A stretch of 64,000 nucleotides of DNA from Bdellovibrionales bacterium (GTDB lineage: Bacteria > Bdellovibrionota > Bdellovibrionia > Bdellovibrionales > UBA1609): the NCBI GenBank assembly GCA_965261545.1, contig CBDHDF010000002.1, forward strand, positions 32,001 to 96,000, given 5' to 3'. Positions 20,146-31,343 of this stretch are shown in pieces. How positions within the stretch are numbered: the stretch's first letter is position 1; each line of letters opens with the position of its first letter. Under the pieces are notes generated by a model, which was not told the origin of the DNA, did no database searches, and saw only the letters and a program-made list of their open reading frames with translations. A program made the position numbers and the translations under genes.

Positions 20146-21519
20146 ATGAACATAACTGAAAAAGAGATTGAAATTCCCTGCTTCTTAGGAACTAGACATT
20201 TAATTGCGCTAGTAACAGAGCAAGTGACTAAAAGTATGAAATCAAATGAGATTCCCGTCAGATTTGCAATTACAGAAACCACGAGCGAAAGATCGGTCTG
20301 TGAAATAGGAATAATTCAACAACCCAAAGACCAAAAATTCCCCAATATATTTGAGTTCAAAAAAAGAACACATGAAAATACACATACTTTTAATGCTGCT
20401 CTTATTATTCCCACAGGGGTTGGGGCTGAGATTGGAGGACATGCGGCAGATGCAACACCAGTTCTGAAGCTATTGTCTAAAGCCTGCGACAATATTATCA
20501 CACATCCTAATGTAGTTAATGGTTCCGATATGAATGAAATGACGGCAAACTCAATCTACGTTGAAGGAAGCATATTAACTCAACTTATTATGGGGTCAAT
20601 CGGCTTACAGCCAGTCAGATCAAATAGACTCTTAGTAATTGCAGATAATTCTCAGCCAATTTTTGTGAATGGAGCATTAAACTCTGTAAATGCTGCTCGA
20701 GCAATTATGGGCCTTGAAGTTGAAGAAGTAATTGTGGTTGATGATATTTTTCGGATGGTAACTAGGTATTCACCATCAGGAAGAGCAACAGGAATAGTTG
20801 AAAATATAGATGCTCTCTTTAATATAATTGATCAACAAAAGAATAAGTTTGATGCCATCGCTGTAAGTTCTCGAATAAGAGTTCCTCTTAATTACCATAT
20901 GGATTACTTCAAAAGTGAGGGTGATATGGTTAATCCTTGGGGTGGGGTTGAGGCTCTATTGACACATTCAATTTCATTAAAATATGAAGTTCCCTCAGCA
21001 CACTCACCAATGTTTGAATCTGAGTCTATTGCGAATATGGATGCGGGTGTAGTTGATCCACGAATGGCTGCTGAAGCAATTTCCTTATCCTTTTTCCAAT
21101 GTGTTTTAAAAGGACTTCACAAAAGCCCCAAGATAACCACTGAAAGATCATGTATCGAATCAAATGATGTACTCAGCGCAAAGGATATTTCTTGCCTTGT
21201 TATTCCTGATGGCTGTTTAGGGTTACCTACTTTAGCGGCTCTTGAGCAAAGCATTCCCGTGATTGCAGTTGAAGAAAATACTAACCTTATGAAAAACGAC
21301 CTCTCTACCTTGCCATGGCAGAAAGGAAAGTTTTTCAAGGTAAAAAGCTACCTTGAAGCCGTTGGTGTTATGAAAGCAATTCAGGCAGGCATTTCAGTTT
21401 CATCGGTAAGAAGACCCTTCACTAAAGTAGCAACAAAATATCTGAACTGCGAAAAACCCTCTGAGATCAAAAGAGGTGACATTTCAGATTCAGTAAAGCT
21501 CATGTCGGTTAAGAGGTGA
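20146..21519 (+). CDS. DUF3326-domain protein
   Basis: LIIPTGVGAEIGGHAADA, ITHPNVVN, NPWGGVEA and DPRMAAE motifs; likely start ATG 20146, one base after the upstream stop. Confidence 0.82.
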   Translation: MNITEKEIEIPCFLGTRHLIALVTEQVTKSMKSNEIPVRFAITETTSERSVCEIGIIQQPKDQKFPNIFEFKKRTHENTHTFNAALIIPTGVGAEIGGHAADATPVLKLLSKACDNIITHPNVVNGSDMNEMTANSIYVEGSILTQLIMGSIGLQPVRSNRLLVIADNSQPIFVNGALNSVNAARAIMGLEVEEVIVVDDIFRMVTRYSPSGRATGIVENIDALFNIIDQQKNKFDAIAVSSRIRVPLNYHMDYFKSEGDMVNPWGGVEALLTHSISLKYEVPSAHSPMFESESIANMDAGVVDPRMAAEAISLSFFQCVLKGLHKSPKITTERSCIESNDVLSAKDISCLVIPDGCLGLPTLAALEQSIPVIAVEENTNLMKNDLSTLPWQKGKFFKVKSYLEAVGVMKAIQAGISVSSVRRPFTKVATKYLNCEKPSEIKRGDISDSVKLMSVKR

Positions 21520-21744
21520 ATCTAAGGAATTGCTGAGAAGTTGTGAAGGCTCCCTTAAGACCCTTTAAATTTCCTTTGTCCATTCTTTCACCTTCCACAA
21601 CTACGCTGCAAGCTAAGAATCACGTCGGCACACAATTCTTCAAGTCAATAATTTGTTCCTTGATGCCCTTGCCAACAAAGAAGAGGTTATCAAAGATTAT
21701 ACTTGACCCTGCTAATCAGCAGGAATTTTTACTCAATTTCATTC

Positions 21745-21843
21745 TCAATCCCGAAAGAGAGAAACCACCCGACTTTCCAAGTTCTCGCAAGGGAGAGTAT
21801 AGCTCAGTTTTTTTGTAGCTCCGTCGATATTCACACCAGCAAG
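21745..21843 (-). pseudogene. Diverged duplicate of the last ~32 codons of the neighbouring tyrosine integrase
   Basis: Reads LAGVNIDGATKKLSYTLPCENLESRVVSLFRD* versus LAGVNINGATKKLGYSLPCKDLGGQVVSLFQD* at 23188-23286. Confidence 0.85.
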
Positions 21844-21936
21844 TGTTAGATATCCTAGACTCGAACTCAATTTGGACTGCCTCATATACCAAGTTATACC
21901 AAACTTTTATTTTAAGCCCCCCTCAACAATCAGGCC

Positions 21937-22968
21937 TTATAACTCTTCAAGATCTAATCCTTTTAGATTTGACGCCGAAAGAACACCCCACGTCTCGTCC
22001 TGATGTCTCTTTACCGCCTCCTGAAATTGATGCCAGTCTGTCTCTTGATAATTTCTAGAATTCTTCCATGTGTATTTATCTGTAAATGGGTCGAAACGGA
22101 GCAACTTAACATCACTGCGGTCTTGTAAACCTCGTACATCCTCTTTAACAGACAATTCAAACCACAAGTCTTCGTCATAAAGTGGCAACTTTGTATCACC
22201 GTAGTCGGCCTTCTCAGCAAGTTTTAAGTAACGCCCTATGCGTTCCTCACGTCGTTCATTCGTTTGATCACGCTCACCGATAGCCTCGCTCAAGTCAGTC
22301 AGGAGTTTTTCTTTCTCCATTAAAATTTTCTCATTAGATTTATTGGATCGAGCAAACCGTGCCAGCTTTTCAAATAAATATCCAGCTGCCTCAAGAAAAC
22401 GCACCTTATTATCGACAGCTCCATTAATAAGACGCGGATCCCACCAAACCAACGCAGGCCAATCCGGGTTATGCCCAGCTTCTGCATGCCCAATATTCGG
22501 TAAGACTTTCCTTAAGCCAATCTTCATAGCATTAAAGTCGTCATAGTAACCAATAAAATTCTGGTGTGCCCATGTATCAACATAACCGTGTGCCGCAATT
22601 CCAATACGGTACAAATCCCCCGAAGCAATAGCCATATCCATAGTCTTGTTGGCATTTTCACTGTTAGGGGTCGTACAGAGCCAATGCATTTTGCCGTCTT
22701 TGCGCCACGCTGTTTTACTGAGTGGATCTCCTGGAATGAAGTGGAAAATGGGGTAAATGCGTAGCAACTTCGGCTTCGGCTTGAGAATATTCATAGTCTG
22801 ACTGATATAATTCCTATAGGCGGAGGACTGTCCCTTATCAACCTCAAAAATCATGTCGTTGTTATCAATGAACTGCGAGGAATGCGCTAACACTTGAGCC
22901 CTATCTGGATCCAAGCCTGCCTTTGTAGAAATGAGATAAGTCATATAGTAGTGAAATTCAATATCCAT
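21937..22968 (-). CDS. DUF6765-family protein (His-rich, possible metal-dependent hydrolase)
   Basis: MDIEFHYY, FHFIPGD, GIAAHGYVDTWAHQNF and IGHAEA motifs. Confidence 0.7.
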   Translation of the reverse strand: MDIEFHYYMTYLISTKAGLDPDRAQVLAHSSQFIDNNDMIFEVDKGQSSAYRNYISQTMNILKPKPKLLRIYPIFHFIPGDPLSKTAWRKDGKMHWLCTTPNSENANKTMDMAIASGDLYRIGIAAHGYVDTWAHQNFIGYYDDFNAMKIGLRKVLPNIGHAEAGHNPDWPALVWWDPRLINGAVDNKVRFLEAAGYLFEKLARFARSNKSNEKILMEKEKLLTDLSEAIGERDQTNERREERIGRYLKLAEKADYGDTKLPLYDEDLWFELSVKEDVRGLQDRSDVKLLRFDPFTDKYTWKNSRNYQETDWHQFQEAVKRHQDETWGVLSASNLKGLDLEEL

Positions 22969-23187
22969 TAGCTATTCTCCGTGAAATTTCTGATTGGTTA
23001 GTTTGGACTTCCCAAAAAAGTGTACACTCTCTAAGTGATATTTTGTTTACGCCTGTAGTCAATGGGGCGCGGGTAGTCAAGTGCTGAATGTCTTCGTCGT
23101 ACATTATGCCAAGTTTCAATATATTCAAAAACTAAAACTTGACGAGCACCCAAGTATAGATCCACAAATTAGTTTACTATATCGACC

Positions 23188-24133
23188 TCAATCTTGGAAT
23201 AAAGAAACCACCTGCCCACCCAAATCCTTACAAGGCAGGCTGTAGCCAAGTTTTTTTGTGGCTCCGTTGATATTCACACCAGCAAGCCTCAAATACTCAT
23301 CCGTAGTTGACATCTTACGGTGCCCAACAATCGACATGACTTGAACCAAAGAGGCTCCTTGAGACAACATATTAGTAATAAATGTGGCTCTTAGGTCGTG
23401 AAAGCGAATCTCACTAATGCCCAAGGCTTGGCAAAAATTTCTTAAGACCTGAGCTTGTTCCCCATGCTCCCACTCTTTCAATCTCGGCAAAATAAAGTCA
23501 TCAATAGCGACCGTCTTTTTAGAACGACTGTCCCAAAGCTCTTGTGAATAGCTTTCATTATTAGCTCTGAACTCCATAAGAAGCCTTCTCAAATCATCGT
23601 TAATTGGAACGATTCGATCTTCTCGATTCTTTGGTGGAGCAATACCGTCTTTATTTGTCCACTGCTTATTCACAGAAATAAAACCTGTTTCAAAGTCTAC
23701 GTCCTTCCACCTGAGAGCAAACATCTCTCCAGAACGCATTCCCGTCATCAAAGCAAAAGCCCAAACCTTATAAAATCTATGCTTGCATTTAAAGGCTTCC
23801 TCTAAAAGAATATCCGCCTCTTTAGAGTTTAAAACTTTTTGCTGAATCTTTGGAACCTTCACCTTAAGAGCTATCGCTGGATTTCTTGTAATAACCTCCT
23901 CCTCTAAGGCCATTTGAAAAATGCGTCGAATCATTTTCAGAAGGTTTCTCTGGTAATGAGGAGATACTTTATCACCAATATTTTCAAATATGACTTTATA
24001 AATATCTTGAGCCTTAATCTTCTCAATAGGCAGTTCTATAAAATCTTTAGGAAGCCACTTTTTTAAGCCACCATCATAACATTTCAGAGTTGAGATTTTA
24101 CAAGAGAGTTTCATTCGCTTCAAACACTCCTCA
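23188..24133 (-). pseudogene. Tyrosine recombinase/integrase, N-terminus replaced by the IS91-like element
   Basis: TGMRSGE, FHDLRAT, GH...TTDEY; the ORF-track start (24174) lies inside sequence shared with the second IS91 copy. Confidence 0.85.
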
Positions 24134-24377
24134 GGGAATAGGAAGGATAAAAGGTCTTTTTTAGAAATTCGCAAGGCATATCAGTAAAAACTGCAGAGGC
24201 CAGCAAAGACTCCAATAGGATTTTTGGGCTTAGTTGGTGGTTTGGAGTGGTGTTGGGCAAAGTTTGAGGAGAATGGGGCCAGAAAAATATGTTGTTTTAT
24301 GATGTTGAGACGTACCTCTCCATGGACATAGAGGGAGCAGATGATACAGCCTATGCGTCATTCAGGGTAGTCAGAAG

Positions 24378-25883
24378 TTAAGAAAATGAATCGAAGCTCT
24401 CACTTTGTGGTGGGCCTCTAGGAGGCCATAGGCTTGGAGGTTGTGAGGTGATGCCGAGATGAGTAAGAATTTTTTCAATGACCTGAGGGTCTTCAATGGA
24501 AGAAATGACTTTTACTTTTCCACCACACTCATGGCAAGTTTCAATGTCTATGTCAAAAACCCTCCTGAGCCTTTGAGCCCAGGTCATTCCTGAAGATTTT
24601 TTCTTGTTTGGCCTTGGCTCTGAATCTTCCAAATCTAAGGCATCTTCCCTTGAGTCTTCATCGATGGAGGCTTCGATTTGGAATTGAGGGACGATTGAGG
24701 ATCGATATTTGAAATTGGGCGCGAAAACTCCGTGGAATCTTGTGAGATTCACTCGTGGTCGAGGGATAAGGGAAGCAAGACGGCTAAGGAAATCAAGGGG
24801 GTCCAGAACGATATGAGTGGTTCCATTGTCATAGGCAGTTTTGAGTTTATAGACAACTTGGCCCCTGGTATTTAATGAGAGCCTTTCTTCACTGAGGCTG
24901 GGTCTTGAAATATACCGGCATACCCTCTCTCGCTTTTTTTTCTCATGGGCTCTACATGCGACTCCTCCATGGAGGCTAAAGCCAGAATATTTGGCGAGAA
25001 ATTCACTGTTAAAATCTTTACCTCTTGCTGATACAGTGTGAAGAGTCAGTGCTTTTTTCCCTTTGTGAGGACCGAGAGCTATTCTATAGGTGACTGATGA
25101 TCCGTGGACTTGGTCCATACTGTCAGAGGCTTCCATAGCCAGATACTCTTGCCCTGTTTCATCCCTTAGGATGAGTCCCTTTTTTTCTAGGTGCTTGACC
25201 ACTCTATGAGCTATGCTCACCAAGATGTGATCCATTTCACTTTGGGTGGGTGGAGTTATGGGGTGAAAATGAGGTTTACCTTCGGGGAATGTGTACACTC
25301 CATCCAAATACATCATATGGAAATGAATATTGAGATTGATGCTTCCGCCAAAGCGTTGAATGAAGGTAACAGAACCCGCCTTGGCTCCTGATTTTTTGGT
25401 GAGACCAGCTTTTTTGATCAGGTAGGTGGAAATGGCTCGATGAACGATGGCTAAGACCTCTCCCATGACCTTTGGATTTTTGGCAAAGAGGAATCTTATT
25501 TGAAAAGGAAAGCTAAGGACCCATTGTCGTAGGGGTTTTTGGGGAAAAACTTCATCAACTAAGTGAGCTGCACTTTCAGCCATTCTTCTTGCGCCGCAGC
25601 TTGGGCAGAAGCCTCGACGCTTGCAGCTAAAGGCCACAAGCCTTTCATGGTGGCAAGATTCACACTGGGTTCTCAAGAAACCATGGGCAAGAATTCCACA
25701 CTTGAGAAACTCATCGAATTCTTTTTTAACGAACTGGGGAAGGCCATTTTCATGCTCATTTTCTATGTGCCGGTAGAAAGTGAGTAGATTTTCTTGCACC
25801 AATTTGTAAAGGAGAGTCTTTTCAGGGCGGTGTCGTTGGTATTTGGGAGCATTGTTAAAGATATGGGGATCAACAAGGGCCAT
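24378..25883 (-). CDS. IS91-family (Y2/HUH) transposase
   Basis: Zn-binding SCKRRGFCPSC, HUH NIHFH, YISRP, RFHGVFAPN, C-terminal CHECGG. Confidence 0.95.
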   Translation of the reverse strand: MALVDPHIFNNAPKYQRHRPEKTLLYKLVQENLLTFYRHIENEHENGLPQFVKKEFDEFLKCGILAHGFLRTQCESCHHERLVAFSCKRRGFCPSCGARRMAESAAHLVDEVFPQKPLRQWVLSFPFQIRFLFAKNPKVMGEVLAIVHRAISTYLIKKAGLTKKSGAKAGSVTFIQRFGGSINLNIHFHMMYLDGVYTFPEGKPHFHPITPPTQSEMDHILVSIAHRVVKHLEKKGLILRDETGQEYLAMEASDSMDQVHGSSVTYRIALGPHKGKKALTLHTVSARGKDFNSEFLAKYSGFSLHGGVACRAHEKKKRERVCRYISRPSLSEERLSLNTRGQVVYKLKTAYDNGTTHIVLDPLDFLSRLASLIPRPRVNLTRFHGVFAPNFKYRSSIVPQFQIEASIDEDSREDALDLEDSEPRPNKKKSSGMTWAQRLRRVFDIDIETCHECGGKVKVISSIEDPQVIEKILTHLGITSQPPSLWPPRGPPQSESFDSFS

Positions 25884-25976
25884 GGCCTTTGTTGGAAGGC
25901 AAATTCAAGGCCAACTGTACCCAGTAAGTCAGCAATTGAGCCACAAGGTGGGAGAGTTCATCACTGGGTGGTGTCA

Positions 25977-27135
25977 TCACGGCATTGAAAGAGGAGCCCC
26001 ATTAATCAAGGTACTTGAACACTTATCTTTAAAAAACTCTGAATCTTGCCTTGAATCCTTACTTTTTTGGTTTTTTTTGGTATCGGGAGTGGCTATGGGC
26101 GAGTCCACAACCTCCCCCAATGAATACTGCCCTGCGTAATAATGAATCTTCACCTTATCCATCCCAATTTCTATCTTATGCACCAACCTCTTGATAATCT
26201 TAGCTTGAACTTCAGGGTCGCCTCCCTCCCCAAGAACTTTGTTCGCAAGCTCCAAAAAGGACTGGTAACTTTGAAAATCCACCGGCAACTCTTGAAGACC
26301 CACATATCCATTTTTCAGTTCATCAAGCCTTTCCTGAGCCACCTTTTTCGCAGCTTCAAGTTTGGACATCTGTTTAAAAATAAGACTCGCCGAAACATCC
26401 TTTGGCAACTCCCCAAGCCTCTCAGTAAGAGCTTCCAAGTTTCTGCTGTAACCTGACACTTGTAATTGGAGACGCCGAACTTCTTGATGATCCCCACTTT
26501 GATCATGAATTTGTTGAGCCTTTTCAAGAATTTTTTGAACTAAACCTGGATCTTTCGCGAAGCGTCGGAGGTGGTTTAAGACAATCTTTTCCAACTTTTC
26601 CGCAGGAACCCTATGGGGGTTGCATTTAAGAATAGGGGCAGTGGGTGGACCCCTTCTTGCTCGCCCATGAGTGTTCATAGTAGCCGTATTTACGGCGTTT
26701 CCCATGGGCGGACTTGCCACACATGATATTTTTGCAATGGGCACAAAGGGTGAGACCTGATAAAATATAAGGATACCTTTGAATCGTGAATGGTTTCTTC
26801 TTTGAACGATTTTGGTTCAGTATCTCTTGCACCCTGTCAAACTGATCTGAAGAAACAAGGCCCTCCCAAACCGCTTTTACCTCATGCTCCTGATCTCCAT
26901 CCCGATAGGCTCTTACCCCTTTGTAGGCCTTGTTGGTTAAGATATTATGTAGGTTGCCCACGGTGAAAAAATCTAGTCTGGGCCAGCCCCCTCCTCCCTG
27001 CATACAACGATTTAGCTCAACCCCATCTTCATTCAATTTTTTAGCCGTCTTGCTAAGGGTTTCATATTTTAAAAAATATTGAAATGCCGCCTTAACGCTT
27101 TTAGCCCTTTCGGGGTCCACCTCAAGGAATGAAGA
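25977..27135 (-). pseudogene. Large serine recombinase C-terminal fragment (recombinase, Zn-ribbon, coiled coil), frameshifted near 26650, lacking the catalytic domain
   Basis: ILTNKAYKG, WEGLVSSDQFDRVQ, LSGLTLCAHC, then KCNPHRVPAEKLE in another frame. Confidence 0.8.
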
Positions 27136-27323
27136 ACTTGCTGAACAACAAAGCCCTCTTGACTTTTAGAGGAACTATTAATAGCGCGTCGCGCTAAGAA
27201 AAGTCGCCTGGTAATTAAACTGTTAGAATTGCGTGGTAATGACAGGGAATCCACTCCTTACAGAAAAACTCTTTTTGGGGAATTAATGGAAAACGTAATA
27301 TCCATCAAGAAAGAAGCAGCAAT

Positions 27324-29546
27324 ATGATTGAAGGTATTAAAATAAAATCTATTGCCAGCTATGGAGACGATGAGCAAATTTTGGAAGGCTTGTCTCAAAT
27401 GAATTTCTTTTACGGTTCAAATGGTTCTGGAAAAACGACGATTTCAAGAGTGATAGCTGATGAAGATAAATACCCAGAATGCACGATTGCCTGGCGCAAC
27501 AGCAACAAACTGCAAACTTTGGTTTATAACCACGATTTTGTAGACAAGAACTTTAACTCGAATGCTGAGCTAAAAGGAATATTTACCCTTGGTGAGAAAA
27601 ATCAAGCTCACCAACAAGCGATAAGAGATGCCAAAGATGAATCCGAGAAGTTGGTAGTTGATATTCATGATAAAAAGAAGACCTTAGAAGGTGCTGATGA
27701 AGGCGGAGGAAAGAAGGAAGAACTGTCAACTTTGGAAAACGAATTCGGAGATTATTGCTGGACGCAGAAAGAAAAATATGACCAATCTTTTAAAGAAGCT
27801 TTTAAAAGATGCAGAAGTCAAAAAGTCAAGTTTAAATCCAAGCTTCTAGAGGAGGCAAATAATAATAAAGCAGTTTTGCACACACTGGAAAAGTTGAAGA
27901 CCAAATGTGAAACCATCTTCGTAGATAACCATGAAAAAATAGAACTCATTCCTCCGCTACAGTACTCTGATCTGATTACTCTTGAAACATCAGATATTCT
28001 GTCCAAGAAAGTTATCGGTAAGGAAGACGTTGATATTGCGGCAATGATTAAAAAGCTGAATAATAGTGATTGGGTAAATCAGGGGCAAACATACTATAAC
28101 AACAATGATAGTATCTGCCCATTTTGTCAACAGGAAACCGATAAATCCTTTACTGAGAGCTTGAATAAATATTTTGATGAAACCTATTTAGGGGACATTA
28201 CTGCAATTAATCAATTAGAAAAAAAATATGATCTCCATAGTGAAGATATTATTCAGCACCTACAAAAAATAATTAATGCTACTCCAAAATATATGGATTG
28301 TGAAAACATGAAATCACAGAAGAATCTGTTTGAAACAAAGATTGATGTAAATAAGAAGTATATAGAGCATAAGAAAAAAGAAGCCAGTTCTGTTATCAGA
28401 CTAGATCCTCTGAGTGAAATATTGGAAGAAATCGATCAAGCTATTGATCAAGCGAATATAAAAATAGAAACCCATAATCAAACTGTAGAAAACATAGATC
28501 AAGAAAAATGTACACTCATCTCGGAGATATGGAGATTTGTTATCGAAGAAACAAAACATCATTGTTCTGATTATAACCTCAAGAAAAAAAATCTTGAAAT
28601 AGCAATTACTGAGCTTGAGAAAGGGATTAAGAGAAAAGAGGATGAAAAGAGAATAAAGAACAATGAGATCAAGAAGATGGAAAAAAATATAACAAGTATT
28701 CAGCCTACAGTTGATGAAATAAATATGTTGTTGTCATCGTTTGGTTTTACGGGCTTCAAAATATCTAAGTCAAAGAAAGATGGCTATTACAGCATTGTCC
28801 GCCCAGATGGTTCTGAGGCGAAAGAGACACTTAGTGAAGGCGAGCGATCTTTTGTTACTTTCCTATATTTCTACCATTTGTTAAAAGGGAATATCTCTGA
28901 AAGTGGTATGACAGAAAATCGTATCGTTGTCATTGATGATCCAGTTTCAAGTTTGGATAGTGACATTTTATTTATTGTGAGCAATTTGATAAAGAGATTA
29001 TTCAATGAAATTCGCTCTAAAACCGGTCATATAAAACAAATTTTTGTCTTAACCCATAACGTCTATTTCCACAAAGAGATCACATTTAATCAGAAACGCA
29101 CTAGAGGTGCGATGAAGGAAGAGACATTCTGGATTGTAAAAAAGATTGATCAGATTTCGTCAATAGAAAAGCATAGCGATAATCCAGTAAAGACCTCTTA
29201 TCATTTATTATGGAACGAGGTGAAAAATAAAAACCGCTCAATTCAAACTATACAAAATACATTAAGGCGCATCTTAGAAAATTACTTTAAAATACTCGGT
29301 AACATCAATAATGACGACATTATTAATAAATTTGAAGGCAAGGAAAAGCAAGTATGTGGATCACTTCTTTCCTGGTTGAATGACGGATCACACTTTATCC
29401 TTGACGATCTTTATGTAAGTTGTGGTGCTGAAATGGTAGACACATATCTTGATATCTTCAGAAAAATATTTGAAAAATCGAATCATATCGCTCATTACAA
29501 TATGATGATGGGAAAACCGGAAGAGCAGAAAGTCCAAGAAAGGTAA
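27324..29546 (+). CDS. rloC: RloC-like ABC-ATPase (AAA_13) with zinc hook and C-terminal HEPN-type nuclease region
   Basis: Walker A GSNGSGKT, CPFC zinc hook, LSEGE signature, Walker B IDDPVSSLD, THN, C-terminal RRILENYF...NDGSH. Confidence 0.75.
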   Translation: MIEGIKIKSIASYGDDEQILEGLSQMNFFYGSNGSGKTTISRVIADEDKYPECTIAWRNSNKLQTLVYNHDFVDKNFNSNAELKGIFTLGEKNQAHQQAIRDAKDESEKLVVDIHDKKKTLEGADEGGGKKEELSTLENEFGDYCWTQKEKYDQSFKEAFKRCRSQKVKFKSKLLEEANNNKAVLHTLEKLKTKCETIFVDNHEKIELIPPLQYSDLITLETSDILSKKVIGKEDVDIAAMIKKLNNSDWVNQGQTYYNNNDSICPFCQQETDKSFTESLNKYFDETYLGDITAINQLEKKYDLHSEDIIQHLQKIINATPKYMDCENMKSQKNLFETKIDVNKKYIEHKKKEASSVIRLDPLSEILEEIDQAIDQANIKIETHNQTVENIDQEKCTLISEIWRFVIEETKHHCSDYNLKKKNLEIAITELEKGIKRKEDEKRIKNNEIKKMEKNITSIQPTVDEINMLLSSFGFTGFKISKSKKDGYYSIVRPDGSEAKETLSEGERSFVTFLYFYHLLKGNISESGMTENRIVVIDDPVSSLDSDILFIVSNLIKRLFNEIRSKTGHIKQIFVLTHNVYFHKEITFNQKRTRGAMKEETFWIVKKIDQISSIEKHSDNPVKTSYHLLWNEVKNKNRSIQTIQNTLRRILENYFKILGNINNDDIINKFEGKEKQVCGSLLSWLNDGSHFILDDLYVSCGAEMVDTYLDIFRKIFEKSNHIAHYNMMMGKPEEQKVQER

Positions 29547-29550
29547 TGCA

Positions 29551-30843
29551 ATGATTGAACCAATTATTATTTGTCCAAACTGTTCGATAGAAATCAAAGT
29601 TACAGAGTCATTGGCTGCACCGCTTATACAGGCAACACGAAAGAAATATGAGACAAAGATAGCTGAAAAAGAAGCTGATGTTTCAAAACGGGAAGCAGCA
29701 CTACGTGGTCAACAAAAAGCAGTTGCGGATGCCAAAAAAGCTATTGATGAGCAAGTTGCAGAAAGGCTAGATATTGAGCGCAAATCAATTGCAGAGGAAG
29801 CAGGAAAGAAAGCAAAATCGTTTTTTGCATCGGATTTGGAATTAAAGGCGAGAGAACTAACCGAAATTCAAGAGATTCTTGAAACAAAAAATGAAAAACT
29901 TGAGGAGGCACAAAAAAACCAAGCTGATTTAATGCGAAAACAACGTGAACTGGACGATTCAAAGCGTGAATTAGAATTGACTGTAGAGAAGCGTGTTCAG
30001 GAATCAATTACAGAAGTTCGAGAAAAAGTAAAAAAGGAAGTCGAAGGTGATTTGAAACTTAAAGTTCTGGAAAAAGAAGAACAAATTTCTTCAATGCAGA
30101 ACAAAATTGAAGAGTTAAAGCGCAAGGCAGAGCAAGGATCACAACAGCTTCAAGGCGAAGTAATGGAATTAGAATTGGAAGATACACTGCGCTACAAGTT
30201 TCCCTTCGATACCATTGAACCAATTGCCAAGGGAGAGTTTGGTGGGGATGTTATCCAGCGCGTTGTTTCGCCGATGGGACTTTCATGTGGTGCTATTTTA
30301 TGGGAATCAAAACGCACCAAGAATTGGAGTGATTCCTGGCTTGCCAAGCTGCGCAAAGACCAACGATCAGCAAAGGCAGAAATTTCTGTTCTTGTATCTC
30401 AGACGTTACCGAAGAATGTAGAAAGCTTTAGTTATGTGGATGGTATTTGGGTTACTGCCCTGCAATACGCTTTTCCACTTGTGATTTCTCTTCGACAAAC
30501 CTTAATCGAAGTTGCCAACTCGAAGCAGGCTCAAGAAGGTCAGCAGACTAAAATGGAATTGGTATACGACTATCTTACTAGCCCGCGTTTCCGACACCGT
30601 ATTGAAGCTATTGTGGAAAAATTCTCCGATATGCAAGCAGATTTGGAGCGAGAGAAAAAGGCCATGACTCGGCTTTGGGCAAAACGTGATATGCAAATAC
30701 AGAAGGTTATCGAATCAACTGTCGGAATGTATGGCGACTTGCAAGGAATTGCTGGTCGTGCATTTCAGGAAATAGAAGGTCTGGAAGTGCAGTTGATTGG
30801 AAGTGATATTAGTGAGGATCAAGAAAAAAAAATTGATGATTGA
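29551..30843 (+). CDS. DUF2130-domain coiled-coil protein
   Basis: N-terminal IICPNC, GSQQLQGE, ILWESKRTKNWS. Confidence 0.85.
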   Translation: MIEPIIICPNCSIEIKVTESLAAPLIQATRKKYETKIAEKEADVSKREAALRGQQKAVADAKKAIDEQVAERLDIERKSIAEEAGKKAKSFFASDLELKARELTEIQEILETKNEKLEEAQKNQADLMRKQRELDDSKRELELTVEKRVQESITEVREKVKKEVEGDLKLKVLEKEEQISSMQNKIEELKRKAEQGSQQLQGEVMELELEDTLRYKFPFDTIEPIAKGEFGGDVIQRVVSPMGLSCGAILWESKRTKNWSDSWLAKLRKDQRSAKAEISVLVSQTLPKNVESFSYVDGIWVTALQYAFPLVISLRQTLIEVANSKQAQEGQQTKMELVYDYLTSPRFRHRIEAIVEKFSDMQADLEREKKAMTRLWAKRDMQIQKVIESTVGMYGDLQGIAGRAFQEIEGLEVQLIGSDISEDQEKKIDD

Positions 30844-31149
30844 TAAAATACTTAAGCAAGGATTCTACGCAGTAGACCATAATTTGCATAGTGGTCCCTT
30901 TAATTGGGGCTGAAAAACATTAGCTATTTAAAATCATTAGGTAAAATATTATTTTCTCTTGAATCCTATGATTAAGTGCTTTTGTTGAAAAGATAGGCAT
31001 CATAAACCTCTATAAACAAGGGATATTTCACAAATAAATAGATCTTAGGAGGTGTTCATAGGTGTTCGTGGTTTTTTTCTAATTTTAATTCCGAATTAAT
31101 GGAAATACTTTTCAAGCCTCCTTTTTTACATAGAGGGAAGTGGGCGATT

Positions 31150-31274
31150 TATAAATATTTGTAACTGTTCAGGGGGTAGCAGAGTTCAAGAGGTAAATTG
31201 CTCCTTCTTACCAGAGAAAATATAAATCTCTCTCTGTAAACTCATGCCCCCCTGAATAGATACAAATATTTATA
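31150..31274. repeat. Palindromic REP/MITE-like element (GTAACTGTTCAGGGGG ... CCCCCTGAATAGATAC)
   Basis: 27-bp inverted arms with 2 mismatches; the same arm sequence occurs at 53471 as the IS110 target. Confidence 0.7.
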
Positions 31275-31343
31275 GATGGTATTTTGAGAAATGGACGCAG
31301 ATTGACATTTGATATCCACGACAAGCCATGTGTTTTAAGAGAC

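Larger units (their letters stand above)
24134..27160 (-). mobile_element. IS91/ISCR-like rolling-circle element, copy 1, with captured serine-recombinase fragment (right boundary approximate)
   Basis: oriIS-like end ...CCTTCCTATTCCC on the minus strand; near-identical to 53484-55720; no TIRs or TSD seen. Confidence 0.8.
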
